A DNA stretch of 64,000 bases from Myxococcota bacterium (GCA_036012755.1 DASCPX010000211.1:1-64000), one strand, 5' to 3'; positions 19,510 to 28,763 are shown, counted from the stretch's first letter. Notes: generated by a model from the letters alone, not told the origin. Numbers and translations are program-made.

Positions 19510-19544
19510 TTTACTTGTCAAGACCTGTGTCGCGTTGGTACAAA
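19510..19544 (+). promoter_or_regulatory. Putative internal sigma70-type promoter for ftsQ-ftsZ
   Basis: AT-rich gap; TTGTCA (19515-19520) and extended -10 TGgTACAAA (19536-19544). Confidence 0.5.
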
Positions 19545-19547
19545 GAC

Positions 19548-19568
19548 CAGCAGCAGCAGCAGCAGCAG
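19548..19568 (+). repeat. (CAG)7 trinucleotide tract in the ftsQ leader
   Basis: Seven perfect CAG units ending 14 nt before the ATG at 19583. Confidence 0.95.
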
Positions 19569-19582
19569 ACTCAGAGCAGCGG

Positions 19583-20350
19583 ATGTCAATTGTCGTGGAC
19601 CGGCCCAGGGGCCTTCGTTCGAGGTTTCGGAACCTTGCACGCGCAGGTTTCGTCACCGCAGCGCTCACCAGCGCCGGGTGCCTCCTGATGAGCCTCTACG
19701 ACGACGTCGCCAGGGTCGGATCCGTGCAAGTCCACGGCAACGTCGAGGCCGCTGACGTCGGACTGCGCCACCTCGCTGGCGTGCAGGTCGGCGAGAGCTT
19801 GATGTTCCTGGATCTCGGGGACGTCGTCGACCGCGTGGTGGCCCATCCCTGGGTCGCCGAGGCCACGGTCTATCGGGCCTGGCCCGACCAGATCGTCATC
19901 GAGGTGAAGGAGCACGACGACGTCCTGCTGCTGGCACACCGCGGGCTGTACCGGGTCAACAGCTCGGGGGAGCTCTTTGTCCGAGCCCGCAGCGGCGACC
20001 TCGACCGCCCGGTGCTCACGGGGCTCTCCCCGGTGCTCGTCGACCAACACCCCGGCGTCGCTCGCCGCATCGTGCGAGAGGCCGTCGCTGTCGTCGGGGC
20101 CGTGCGCGACTGCTCGGTGTTGTCAGAGGACGAGCTCTCAGAGGTCCACTTCGACCCGGCCCTCGGGTTCACCCTTCGCCTTCGCAACAACAGCGCCATC
20201 CACCTGGGCTTCCAGCCCCCGCACGAGCCCCTCGCTCGGCTGGAGCAGATGGTCGGCGCCGGCCTCGACCTGGCGGTGCCGCACGAGATCGACCTCGATC
20301 TCGCAGGGCTCGCCGTCGCAACCCCCCTCGATCCCGCCAGCGCCTCCTAG
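19583..20350 (+). CDS. ftsQ: Cell division protein FtsQ/DivIB
   Basis: TM plus POTRA ([29 protein letters not shown]), EIDL near the C-terminus; between ddl and ftsZ. Confidence 0.88.
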   Translation: MSIVVDRPRGLRSRFRNLARAGFVTAALTSAGCLLMSLYDDVARVGSVQVHGNVEAADVGLRHLAGVQVGESLMFLDLGDVVDRVVAHPWVAEATVYRAWPDQIVIEVKEHDDVLLLAHRGLYRVNSSGELFVRARSGDLDRPVLTGLSPVLVDQHPGVARRIVREAVAVVGAVRDCSVLSEDELSEVHFDPALGFTLRLRNNSAIHLGFQPPHEPLARLEQMVGAGLDLAVPHEIDLDLAGLAVATPLDPASAS

Positions 20351-20399
20351 GGCGCCCCCCCCCCCCAACTCTCCTCACTCCTCCCCCCCGGAGCCCTCC

Positions 20400-21518
20400 A
20401 TGACCATCGAACTCGTCGAGAACGAGCTGACCTACGGCGCCAAGATCAAGGTGATCGGCGTTGGCGGCGGCGGAAACAACGCCATCAACACCATGATCGC
20501 CGGCGGCCTGACCGGCGTCGAGTTCATCGCGGTCAACACCGACGCCCAGGACCTGCGTCGCTCCCTTGCCACGCGGCGCTTCCAGATGGGTGCGCAGCTG
20601 ACCAAGGGGCTGGGTGCAGGCGCCAACCCCGAGGTCGGTCGCGAGTCCGCCCTCGAGGACAAGGAGCGACTGAGCGAGCTCGTCGTCGGCGCGGACATGG
20701 TCTTTGTCACCGCCGGCATGGGCGGTGGCACCGGCACGGGCTCCGCCCCCATCATCGCCCAGCTGGCCAAGGAGGCTGGCGCCCTGACCGTCGCGGTCGT
20801 GACGCGCCCCTTCTGGTTCGAGGGCAAGAAGCGTCGCCGCCAGGCCGAGGAGGGCGTCGAGACCCTCAAGAGCGTGGTCGACACCCTCATCACCATCCCC
20901 AACCAGCGCCTCATCTCGATGGCGAACGAGCGCACCACCATGAAGGAGGCCTTCAACATGGCCGACCAGGTGCTGCTCCAGGCCGTCAAGGGTGTGTCCG
21001 ATCTGATCAACTTCGAGGGCATCGTGAACGTCGACTTCGCCGACGTGCGCACGACGATGTCGAACAAGGGCGTGGCGCTCATGGGTGTGGGCAGCGCGTC
21101 GGGTGAGCACAAGACCGTCGACGCCGCTCAGCGCGCCATCTCGTCCCCCTTGCTCGATGACGTCAGCATCGCAGGTGCCACCAGCGTGCTGATGAACATC
21201 ACCGGCAACAGCAACCTCACGATGTACGAGATCAACGAGGCCAGCACCCTGATCCAGGAGGAGTGCCACGAGGACGTGAACCTCATCTGGGGTTGGGTCA
21301 TCGACGAGGACATGGAGGACGAGGCCCGCGTGACGGTCATCGCGACCGGATTCGAGGAGGCCCGGCACGCCGCGCTGCCGAGCGCCGAGCGCCGTGTCGC
21401 CGTGCAGGTCGCGGGCAACCGCCCCGGTCGTCGCGTCCAGAGCCGCGGGCTGCACTCGGGCTTCGACCTCGGCGACGAGGACTACGACATCCCGACCTTC
21501 TACCGCAACGCCGACTGA
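20400..21518 (+). CDS. ftsZ: Cell division GTPase FtsZ
   Basis: [42 protein letters not shown]-terminal DIPTFYR. Confidence 0.99.
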   Translation: MTIELVENELTYGAKIKVIGVGGGGNNAINTMIAGGLTGVEFIAVNTDAQDLRRSLATRRFQMGAQLTKGLGAGANPEVGRESALEDKERLSELVVGADMVFVTAGMGGGTGTGSAPIIAQLAKEAGALTVAVVTRPFWFEGKKRRRQAEEGVETLKSVVDTLITIPNQRLISMANERTTMKEAFNMADQVLLQAVKGVSDLINFEGIVNVDFADVRTTMSNKGVALMGVGSASGEHKTVDAAQRAISSPLLDDVSIAGATSVLMNITGNSNLTMYEINEASTLIQEECHEDVNLIWGWVIDEDMEDEARVTVIATGFEEARHAALPSAERRVAVQVAGNRPGRRVQSRGLHSGFDLGDEDYDIPTFYRNAD

Positions 21519-21535
21519 CGGAGCGCGCCCCCTGC

Positions 21536-21550
21536 TGGCACGGCTCTTGC
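21536..21550 (+). promoter_or_regulatory. Putative sigma54 -24/-12 promoter
   Basis: TGGCACG-GCTC-TTGC is an exact match to the TGGCACG-N4-TTGC core, 65 nt upstream of ATG 21616. Confidence 0.7.
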
Positions 21551-21615
21551 GCTGTGCCGGGATTGTGTCGGGAGGGGGCTTCCCGTAGATAGGGGCCGCC
21601 ACATCGGAGGCTCCA

Positions 21616-22743
21616 ATGTTCGCCGCGCTCACACTCCTCAGCACCGCCGCCCTCGCCGAGAGCCTCTCTGACGCTGAGACCAGCTACTCCGGCGCGACCA
21701 TCCTGGTCGGCAACGAGGACGCCTGGTTCGAGACGTACACCCCGGGTCCCATGACTCGCGACGGCAAGTACGAGCAGACCGAGTACGCCTTCTGGAGCGG
21801 CAACACGCTCTATGTCGGCTCTGAGGACGAGCACGGGAACCAGGTCGACGCCATCGTCGAGTTCTTCTGGTTCGAGTCCTCCATCGACCGCGGCAGCGAC
21901 TTCTACGTCGCCGTCATCAAGGCTCGCACGACGCCGAACGTCGAGGACGAGTGGTACTTGATGAAGGACGACGAGAAGCCGGTCTTGTACGTCGACGCCT
22001 ACACGGACATCAGCCGCGAGACCAACGCCTTCCGGTGGGACTGGTCGCTGCCCTTCACCAACTACGGCGTGGACAGCTACGGCCAGGTCACGATGAAGTC
22101 GTCCTATGGCATCGGCGGCAACGCCGAGGGCTCGGCCATGTACTCCGAGACCTACGAAGAGGACGGCACGAAGGCCACCGGGACGGTGCAGGCCAAGGGC
22201 TACGTGAACTCCGAGTACAGCGTCAACACCAACTACAGCGTCGAGCTCTGGTCCTGGTACACCTGGGTCGACGGCTCGCCCGGCGAGATGGAGTGGAAGA
22301 TCACCCTCGACAACCGGACGAAGCTCGAGGAGAACGCCTACCACGAGTACTTCCTCGCGATGCAGGCATCCGAGGGCGAGGAGTTCATCATCGACGAGTT
22401 CACCATCGGCGCCACCACCGACCAGTGGTGGTGGGGCAAGTGGAACGAGAACAGCGTCACCGTCCACGGCCTCCACCTCTACCGTCCCGAGTACGCCGTC
22501 GAAGAGGAAGAAGAGGAGGAGGAGTTCGAGGACACCGGCCTCGAGTTCGACACGGGTGACGACGGCGCAGATGACGACGACGACGACAACCACGACGTCT
22601 ACGGCGACCCCAACCCCGACGGCGCCATCCCCCTGTGGGACCAGCCGGCAGAGGATGGCAAGGGCTGCAGCACGCTGCCCGCGAGCTACGGGCTGTTGAC
22701 CGCGCTTCTCGGCGTGCTCATGTTGTCGAGGCGCGAGGACTGA
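21616..22743 (+). CDS. Secreted acidic, aromatic-rich protein with MYXO-CTERM tail
   Basis: Signal MFAALTLLSTAALA; poly-E/poly-D linker; ends KGCSTLPASYGLLTALLGVLMLSRRED; GGAGG RBS. Confidence 0.85.
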   Translation: MFAALTLLSTAALAESLSDAETSYSGATILVGNEDAWFETYTPGPMTRDGKYEQTEYAFWSGNTLYVGSEDEHGNQVDAIVEFFWFESSIDRGSDFYVAVIKARTTPNVEDEWYLMKDDEKPVLYVDAYTDISRETNAFRWDWSLPFTNYGVDSYGQVTMKSSYGIGGNAEGSAMYSETYEEDGTKATGTVQAKGYVNSEYSVNTNYSVELWSWYTWVDGSPGEMEWKITLDNRTKLEENAYHEYFLAMQASEGEEFIIDEFTIGATTDQWWWGKWNENSVTVHGLHLYRPEYAVEEEEEEEEFEDTGLEFDTGDDGADDDDDDNHDVYGDPNPDGAIPLWDQPAEDGKGCSTLPASYGLLTALLGVLMLSRRED

Positions 22744-22768
22744 AATCCTCGTCTACACCGAGTTTTCA

Positions 22769-22824
22769 GACGCCGTCTTCTGTCAGCCGCGTGGTGGGTG
22801 CTGACACAAGGCGGCGTCGCTTTT
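22769..22824 (+). terminator. Long hairpin terminator between convergent genes
   Basis: GACGCCGTCTT-c-TGTCAGC...GCTGACA-c-AAGGCGGCGTC followed by gcTTTT. Confidence 0.6.
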
Positions 22825-22831
22825 GTCTGGG

Positions 22832-23785
22832 TCAGAGCGCGATGGCGTCGCGGCGTGCCTGCAGGAGCTCGGTCGTCGAGTTGTAGAGCCTGTACTTCGA
22901 TGCGACCACGAGGCCCTGGTCGTAGCTCGTGTAGGCCTTCTGGAGCAGCACGAGGGTCTGCTCGTCGAGGAGCTCGTAGTAGAGCTCCAGCGCCTCTCCT
23001 TCGAGCTCGGCCGGCGGCGTGTCGTGCATGTCGTCGTAGAGTTCGATGTAGGCATCGCCCAGCACGAGGAGGGACCGGATCATCCACTCGGGCTCCTCGG
23101 TCTCGATGACCTCGATGATGTGGGCCTCTGCGGTCTGGATGGCTGCGGCCCGACGAGCGAGGTTCTTCTCGGGCTTTCGCTTGTCCAGCCTGAGGTCCTC
23201 GACCGCCTCGAGCTCCATGGTGGCCAGGTGGTAGGCGGTCCGAGCCCGGAGCCAGCGCATCTCGTCGGTGTCCTCCGTCGCCCGCATCGCGCGGTCCAGC
23301 ATCTCCTCACCGCGCCGGCGGTTGCCTGCCCGTTGCTCGGCGACGCCCTGCGCCATCTCGATGCTGATCCAGTCGACGCGTTCGTAGTCGACCAGCCGCG
23401 GGATCTTCCGGTACTCGCGCACGGACTCCTTCCAGCGGCCGAGCTCGTCCAGGCAGAGCGCTCGGCGGTAGCGGGCGTCGACGGTCCTCGCGCCCTCGGT
23501 CTCCAGGGCCTCTGTGTAGGCGGAGACCGCGAGGTCGTGCTCGCCCTGGAGCTCGTGAACGATGCCCAGCTGGTAGTGGATCTCCTGAGGATCGGCCCCG
23601 ACCTCCAGGAGCCAGCCGAGGCGATGGACCGCCCCCTCGAAGTCCCCGTCCTGCCGTCGGGCGAGGGCCTCGTCGTAGACCAGCGGGTGGTCCTGGCGGT
23701 CGAAGACCTCCGCCAGGGCGGGTGGAGGCCTCTCCGGCGCGTAGGCCGGGATCTCGTGCAGGCAGGCGGTCAGGATCAGGAGCAT
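22832..23785 (-). CDS. TPR-repeat lipoprotein
   Basis: MLLILTAC lipobox-like start; TPR patterns IHYQLGIVHELQGEHDLA and ARYRRALCLDELGRWKES. Confidence 0.8.
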   Translation of the reverse strand: MLLILTACLHEIPAYAPERPPPALAEVFDRQDHPLVYDEALARRQDGDFEGAVHRLGWLLEVGADPQEIHYQLGIVHELQGEHDLAVSAYTEALETEGARTVDARYRRALCLDELGRWKESVREYRKIPRLVDYERVDWISIEMAQGVAEQRAGNRRRGEEMLDRAMRATEDTDEMRWLRARTAYHLATMELEAVEDLRLDKRKPEKNLARRAAAIQTAEAHIIEVIETEEPEWMIRSLLVLGDAYIELYDDMHDTPPAELEGEALELYYELLDEQTLVLLQKAYTSYDQGLVVASKYRLYNSTTELLQARRDAIAL

Positions 23786-23800
23786 GTCTGTGTAGACGGT

Positions 23801-23840
23801 CCCTCCGCCCGAGAGTTCCAGTCGAACTCCCGGAGGAGGG
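23801..23840 (-). terminator. Strong hairpin immediately 3' of the 6S RNA
   Basis: Long imperfect stem CCCTCCgCCCGAGAGTTC/GAACTCCCGGAGGAGGG. Confidence 0.55.
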
Positions 23841-24020
23841 CACCACCTCAGGGCCGTGTGTAGCGGTGCAAGTCCTCCTCTCACCAGAGAGGGGACGGTC
23901 TCGCCGCTTCAGGCTCCCTTTCCTTGAAGGTCTGCACACCACGACGAGGGTTCGTTCCCGTAGGAAACAATCACGGAGGAACTGCAAATACCGCTGGTTC
24001 ACGCACCCGGCAGGAACCAC
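23841..24020 (-). ncRNA. ssrS: 6S RNA (ends approximate)
   Basis: Minus strand TTCCTGCCGGGTGCGTGA...GTCGTGGTGTGCA...GGGAGCCTGAAG...CACACGGCC resembles deltaproteobacterial 6S RNAs as I recall them. It folds as a rod (AGCGGT..TGCAG.TTCCTCC pairs with GGAGGA.CTTGCA.CCGCT) around a central bubble. TTGACA-N19-TACGCT lies upstream (24055-24025). Confidence 0.8.
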
Positions 24021-24091
24021 CCAGAGCGTACCCAGAGGCCCGCGAGGTCTGTCAAGCGGGTATAGACTCCAGCCGACTGGGAGGCCCCGAC

Positions 24092-25126
24092 ATGCTGCTC
24101 GCGAGCTTGATCCTGCTTGGTCTCGGATGCGCGATCGGTGGGGGCATCTTTGGTAACGACGACAGCGGCGTGGTCGACGACTCCGGTGGAGGAGGTGGCA
24201 ACCAGGGCGACACCTGGCGCGCTCGGGGCAAGGGCAGCGCCTACCTCCTGGACGGGAGCCAGGACCACTCGTTGTTCTCCATCGAGCTGACCAGCTGCAT
24301 GGAACCGCGAGAGGGCGAGGCGTACCACGGCTGGCTGACCGGCGGTTCGAGCCCGATCTACCTGGGCGAGATCCCGGTCTTGGATGACATCGTGCTCCAC
24401 GAGGTCGAGCTCGATCTGAACGCTTTCGAGAATGGCTACACCACCTTCCAGGCCTACGTGTCCGACGAGGTCCCCTCCGCCCCGGGCGAGGGCGAGATCC
24501 TCTGGTACGGCGAGATCCCGGCCTCCGCGGTCGAGATCCTCGAAGACCTGCTGGTGTCGTCGCCGGAGAGTGACGAGGGCAGTCTCCGGGCGATGGAGAC
24601 CACCGCCGAGGCCATCCGCGACTACGGCCAGGCGGCCTCTGACGGATTCACCGACATCGACACCTTCCGCAGCGAAGCCGAGGCCGTACGCAACGGCATC
24701 GCGGGAGAGGAAGAGGACGTCGACAACAACGGCTCGGTCTCGACCATCTCCGGGCTCGAGGTGGCGCTCATCGGCGACAACGGCCAGAGCGCGGTCATCC
24801 TCGAGGACTTCCAGGAGGCCTTCATCGCCTTTGGCGGCGACAGCGCCGACGAGGACATCCGAGAGGCCCTCGACGTCGGCTACGACTGCATCCAGCGCAT
24901 CGAGCTGCACGCCGAGGAGGCATACTCGCTCGCGGGGACAGCCACCGTGTGCGGCGCCGAGTCTTCCTGCGTCGGCCTCATGAACAGGGTCATCGAGGAG
25001 CTCGACTACGCCATCGAGGGCGAGGACGAGGACGAAGACGGGACCGTGGAACTCGACGAGGGGACCATCGACTGCGCCATCGAGTACATGAGCCGGCTCA
25101 TGGCCTTCGAGGTCGCCGTCCCGTAG
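24092..25126 (+). CDS. Highly acidic putative lipoprotein, unknown function
   Basis: GGGAGG RBS; MLLASLILLGLGC; D/G linker; PREGEAYHGWL..YLG segment; D/E-rich helical C-terminal half with Cys pairs. Confidence 0.8.
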   Translation: MLLASLILLGLGCAIGGGIFGNDDSGVVDDSGGGGGNQGDTWRARGKGSAYLLDGSQDHSLFSIELTSCMEPREGEAYHGWLTGGSSPIYLGEIPVLDDIVLHEVELDLNAFENGYTTFQAYVSDEVPSAPGEGEILWYGEIPASAVEILEDLLVSSPESDEGSLRAMETTAEAIRDYGQAASDGFTDIDTFRSEAEAVRNGIAGEEEDVDNNGSVSTISGLEVALIGDNGQSAVILEDFQEAFIAFGGDSADEDIREALDVGYDCIQRIELHAEEAYSLAGTATVCGAESSCVGLMNRVIEELDYAIEGEDEDEDGTVELDEGTIDCAIEYMSRLMAFEVAVP

Positions 25127-25147
25127 CGAAGTCGATATCGAGGTGCC

Positions 25148-26656
25148 GTGTCGGGCTTCGAAGCGGTCATCCTGGGCGTCTACGGCGTCTGTGCGCTGGG
25201 GCTTTGCGTCTTCGGCGCGCACCGTTGGTTCCTGACCGGCCTCTTCACCCGGACCTTGGGCCAGGGCCCTCGACCCGGCCCGCAGCGCACGCCCTCGGTG
25301 ACGGTCCAGCTGCCTCTCTACAACGAGCCCCACGTCGTCGAGCGCCTCGTCGAAGCAGCCTGCAGGCTCGACTGGCCGGACCTCCAGATCCAGATCCTCG
25401 ACGACAGCTCGGATGCCACCACCCAGCTGGCGAGGGCTGCTGCTGCTCGCTTTCCCGAGGTGGACGTCGAGGTGATCCGACGCCCATCTCGGATGGGCTT
25501 CAAGGCGGGGGCGCTCGCACATGGCCTCGAGAGGGCGCGCGGGGAGTTCATCGCAGTCTTCGACGCCGACTTCGTGCCGGCCCCGGACTTCCTCCGGCGG
25601 GTCGTGCCGCACTTCCGCGAGGGCATCGGCATGGTCCAGGCGCGCTGGGGTCACCTCAATGGCGACGACTCCCTGCTCACCCGGCTCCAGGCGATCCTGC
25701 TCGACGGGCACTTCGTCGTCGAGCACACGGCACGCCACCGCAGCGGGCGCTGGTTCAACTTCAACGGCACCGCCGGGATCTGGCGCCGCCAGGCCATCGA
25801 GGATGCTGGTGGCTGGGACCACGACACGCTCACGGAGGATCTCGACCTGTCCTACCGGGCCCAGCTCGCCGGCTGGGCCTTCCTCTACGTCCCAGAGGTC
25901 GTCGTGCCGGCTGAGCTGCCCCCGACGATGCTCGCCTTCAAGAGCCAGCAGCACCGCTGGGCAAAGGGCTCGATCCAGACGCTGAAGAAGCTCGCCTCGC
26001 ACCTGTGGCGAGCTGAGGCACCGTGGCCCGTTCGGCTCGAGGCCCTGGTCCACTTGTCGAACAACCTGGCCTACCCGCTGGTCGTGTCGTTGGCGCTGCT
26101 CACGCCGCTGGCGGTGTGGATCCGGGCTCGGCACATCCAGAGCTGGCTGTCCTTCGACCTCCTGGTCTTCGCGCTCGCGACGGTCGGCGTCGGCCTCTTC
26201 TACACGGCCAGCCAGTGGGCGGTCCACGCGGACTGGCGGGTCCGCGTCCGGCTGTTGCCCGCCGTGCTGGCGCTGGGTATCGGCCTGGCCGTGAACCAGA
26301 CCCGGGCGGTGGGCGAGGCGCTCTTCGGTCACACCTCGCCCTTCGTCCGCACCCCCAAGGCGGGGGCCCGCGGCGCGATCCACCTCCCTGGCAGCGCCTG
26401 GTCCGTAGTCGAACTCGCCCTCGGCCTGCTCCACGTCGTCGCGGCGGGCTGGGCGGTCTCACGGGGCTACTGGGCGTCGGTGCCCCTGGAGCTGCTCCTG
26501 GCCAGCGGCTTCCTCTACGTCGGCGCCTGGGGCAGCTTGCGAAAGGGCTCGCCCACGACCAGCGAGGCCGAGGTGGCGGCGGGCTCGTCCGTGGCTTCGA
26601 TCCCGCAAGCGACCAGCTCCGGGACCGCTTCGCAGCCGGTGACCAGCAGTCGGTAG
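25148..26656 (+). CDS. Membrane GT2 glycosyltransferase (cellulose synthase/CslA-like)
   Basis: VTVQLPLYNE, QILDDS, GFKAGAL, FDADF, TEDLDLS, QQHRW (QxxRW). Confidence 0.92.
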   Translation: MSGFEAVILGVYGVCALGLCVFGAHRWFLTGLFTRTLGQGPRPGPQRTPSVTVQLPLYNEPHVVERLVEAACRLDWPDLQIQILDDSSDATTQLARAAAARFPEVDVEVIRRPSRMGFKAGALAHGLERARGEFIAVFDADFVPAPDFLRRVVPHFREGIGMVQARWGHLNGDDSLLTRLQAILLDGHFVVEHTARHRSGRWFNFNGTAGIWRRQAIEDAGGWDHDTLTEDLDLSYRAQLAGWAFLYVPEVVVPAELPPTMLAFKSQQHRWAKGSIQTLKKLASHLWRAEAPWPVRLEALVHLSNNLAYPLVVSLALLTPLAVWIRARHIQSWLSFDLLVFALATVGVGLFYTASQWAVHADWRVRVRLLPAVLALGIGLAVNQTRAVGEALFGHTSPFVRTPKAGARGAIHLPGSAWSVVELALGLLHVVAAGWAVSRGYWASVPLELLLASGFLYVGAWGSLRKGSPTTSEAEVAAGSSVASIPQATSSGTASQPVTSSR

Positions 26657-27609
26657 CCCCGCTGCTGCAGCCTGGCGAGCATGAAAGCCCGCTGCAGCCC
26701 GGCGCCGCTGGGGACCTCGCCCGAGAGCAGGGTCCGTAGATCCCCTGTCTCCCGCAAGAGCCTGGCGAAGGCCTGCTCTCCGCTGCCTCGGCCCATGCCT
26801 TCGGGACATGCCGCCTCCAGCACGAGCCGGGCCCCGGGTCTCAGGGGCGGCGAGGGGGACAGCGCGAGGTAGGTCGCAGCGCGGGATGCCTGGTAGAAGT
26901 TCGCCGCCTTGCGCCCTGGGCAGCGGATGACGACCTCGTCGTGCAGCGTTGGCACGATCAGCCAGGGATCCTCTGCCTCTGCGGCCACCCTCAGCGCTTC
27001 TGTCGGCGGACCTCCGATCCAGCAGCCAGAGGCCGTGTATTGGAGGGCGAAGGCGACACCGATGTGCTCGCCGAGTGCGTCGACCGCGGCGCGGAAGGGG
27101 TTCCCGGCGAGGCGGCCGACCTCGACGTCGGCATGGCAGACGAGCTCCCGAGCGTGAAGCGCTGCCAGCGTGTCGCGACCCCCACAGCCCACCGCCACGC
27201 CCTTGTGGCCCCCCGAGAAGCCAGCGTACTGGTGCAGCTCGACGCGCCCGACCGTGAGGATGACCTCGGCCTCGACGAAGGCCGGGTGCACCTGGCAGGG
27301 GGTCCCGTTCACTTCGCCCATGTCTACGCAGCCGTCCGGGTCGTGGTCGAGCACGGGCCAGGGGCTGGCGGCCTCGATCGGAGCGCGCTCGGACTCCGAG
27401 AGGGGCCGATGGAGGCCGAGTCCGACGACCACCACGGCGTCCTCTACGTGCCCACGCAGTGCCGCGAGCGCGGCGGCGACGTCCAGGTCCCGGGTGCCGT
27501 CGGGGACCGCGATCGCGACCTTGGTCAGCCCTCGGGGGAGAGCTTCGAGCGCCTCTTCCGGAGCTCGGACCAGCCGAGGAGCAGCAGGACCGGGGGGTAC
27601 TCGAGCCAC
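26515..27609 (-). CDS. LarA/lactate racemase family protein (start uncertain: GTG 27609 or CTG 27528)
   Basis: VAIAVPDGTR, GLGLHR, DHDPD, ELHQYAGFSGGHK, NFYQASRA, AACPEGMG. Confidence 0.8.
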   Translation of the reverse strand: MARVPPGPAAPRLVRAPEEALEALPRGLTKVAIAVPDGTRDLDVAAALAALRGHVEDAVVVVGLGLHRPLSESERAPIEAASPWPVLDHDPDGCVDMGEVNGTPCQVHPAFVEAEVILTVGRVELHQYAGFSGGHKGVAVGCGGRDTLAALHARELVCHADVEVGRLAGNPFRAAVDALGEHIGVAFALQYTASGCWIGGPPTEALRVAAEAEDPWLIVPTLHDEVVIRCPGRKAANFYQASRAATYLALSPSPPLRPGARLVLEAACPEGMGRGSGEQAFARLLRETGDLRTLLSGEVPSGAGLQRAFMLARLQQRGYRLLVTGCEAVPELVACGIEATDEPAATSASLVVGEPFRKLPQAPT

Positions 27610-28763
27610 ACCACCCACGCGGGTTCCTCCCAGCTGCCGGCCAAGGCTGGATCGTAGCCGATGAGCACTGCGTAGGAGAGAAGGGTCGTGCTCGCGAGAA
27701 GGACCCATGCCCAGGCGCCGCGGAGCAGCGCCGGAACCAGGATCCACAGCACGTACCAGGGGTGGACGACCGGCGAGAGGAGCACGAGGGCAGCGGCGAC
27801 GTGCATCAACAGCGCCGCGGGGTCCTTCAGGCGCCACGCGGCGTAGAGGCAGTACAGCGCGCCGATCCCAACGCCGACGTAGCGAGCGTGCTCCCCGAAG
27901 AGGCGCACGAGCAGGGGAAACAGGGCTCCGTTGAACTCCCAGCGCTCGGCGTAGGTGTCGAAGCCGCGCAGCAAGGTCGGGCCCGCGTCGACGAAGGGCA
28001 GACAGAGAAGTCCGCCCAGCGCTACCGCGCCGGCGATTCCCAACAGGGCGCGCTTGTCCCTGGCCTGAGTCACCCAGGCCACCGCCGGAAGCACCTTCAC
28101 CAGGGCCGCCACGCCGACGAGGAAGCTGCTGCGACGCCGCAAGCCGAGGACGAAGAACAACAGGGCGATGCTCTCGAGGTGTCCCGAGCCCGCCGACTCG
28201 AGCACTGGGAGGGGATGAAGGGCGTAGAGCGCCGGGGCCCACGCGCCGATCCCGCGGGCGCGGCACTCTCGCCACAGGGCGAACATCAGCCCGATGTCGG
28301 CCCCTGCCGCGACCAGCTTCCACGCGGTGACGCTCTCCTCGACGAAGGCCACGGCGCGAAAGAGCCACAGCGCGAGGGGGGGGTAGATGGTGGAGACGTC
28401 CTTGTGGGCGACCTGCTCCCACGTGCCGTTTCGCAGCTCCGTGAGCGCCGGATCCGACGGCGGGTAGAGGAAGGGATCGAAGCCCGCGAGCTGGATTCGA
28501 CCCTCCCAGAGGTAGCGGTAGATGTCGTCCGACAGCGTCGGCGGGGACGCGACCAGCAGCAGCCGAAGGACCACGCCGGCAGCGAGGACCAGGCGCAGGT
28601 CACGCGCCCAGACCGCTCCGAGACTCGCCAGTCCAGCCCAGGCGAGTGCCACGATCAGGAAGAGCGAGGTGCTCTCTCGCAGTTCGCCGAGGCTGACCAC
28701 CACGCCGGCTGCCACGACGCAGAGGAGCGCGACTACCGACTCTCTGGAGATGACTCTTGACAT
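27525..28763 (-). CDS. GT87/DUF2029-like polyprenol-phosphate-sugar-dependent glycosyltransferase
   Basis: LSDDIYRYLWEG, TIYPP, LESAGSGHLE, WEFNG, LSPVVHPWY; multiple TM helices. Confidence 0.85.
   Translation of the reverse strand: MSRVISRESVVALLCVVAAGVVVSLGELRESTSLFLIVALAWAGLASLGAVWARDLRLVLAAGVVLRLLLVASPPTLSDDIYRYLWEGRIQLAGFDPFLYPPSDPALTELRNGTWEQVAHKDVSTIYPPLALWLFRAVAFVEESVTAWKLVAAGADIGLMFALWRECRARGIGAWAPALYALHPLPVLESAGSGHLESIALLFFVLGLRRRSSFLVGVAALVKVLPAVAWVTQARDKRALLGIAGAVALGGLLCLPFVDAGPTLLRGFDTYAERWEFNGALFPLLVRLFGEHARYVGVGIGALYCLYAAWRLKDPAALLMHVAAALVLLSPVVHPWYVLWILVPALLRGAWAWVLLASTTLLSYAVLIGYDPALAGSWEEPAWVVWLEYPPVLLLLGWSELRKRRSKLSPEG

Noticed and set aside
19500..19688. 62-aa polyglutamine ORF over the (CAG)7 tract
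   Set aside because: Overlaps the ddl end and ftsQ out of frame with no RBS; better explained as a leader. A TTG-19535 poly-Ala extension of FtsQ would start inside the predicted promoter.
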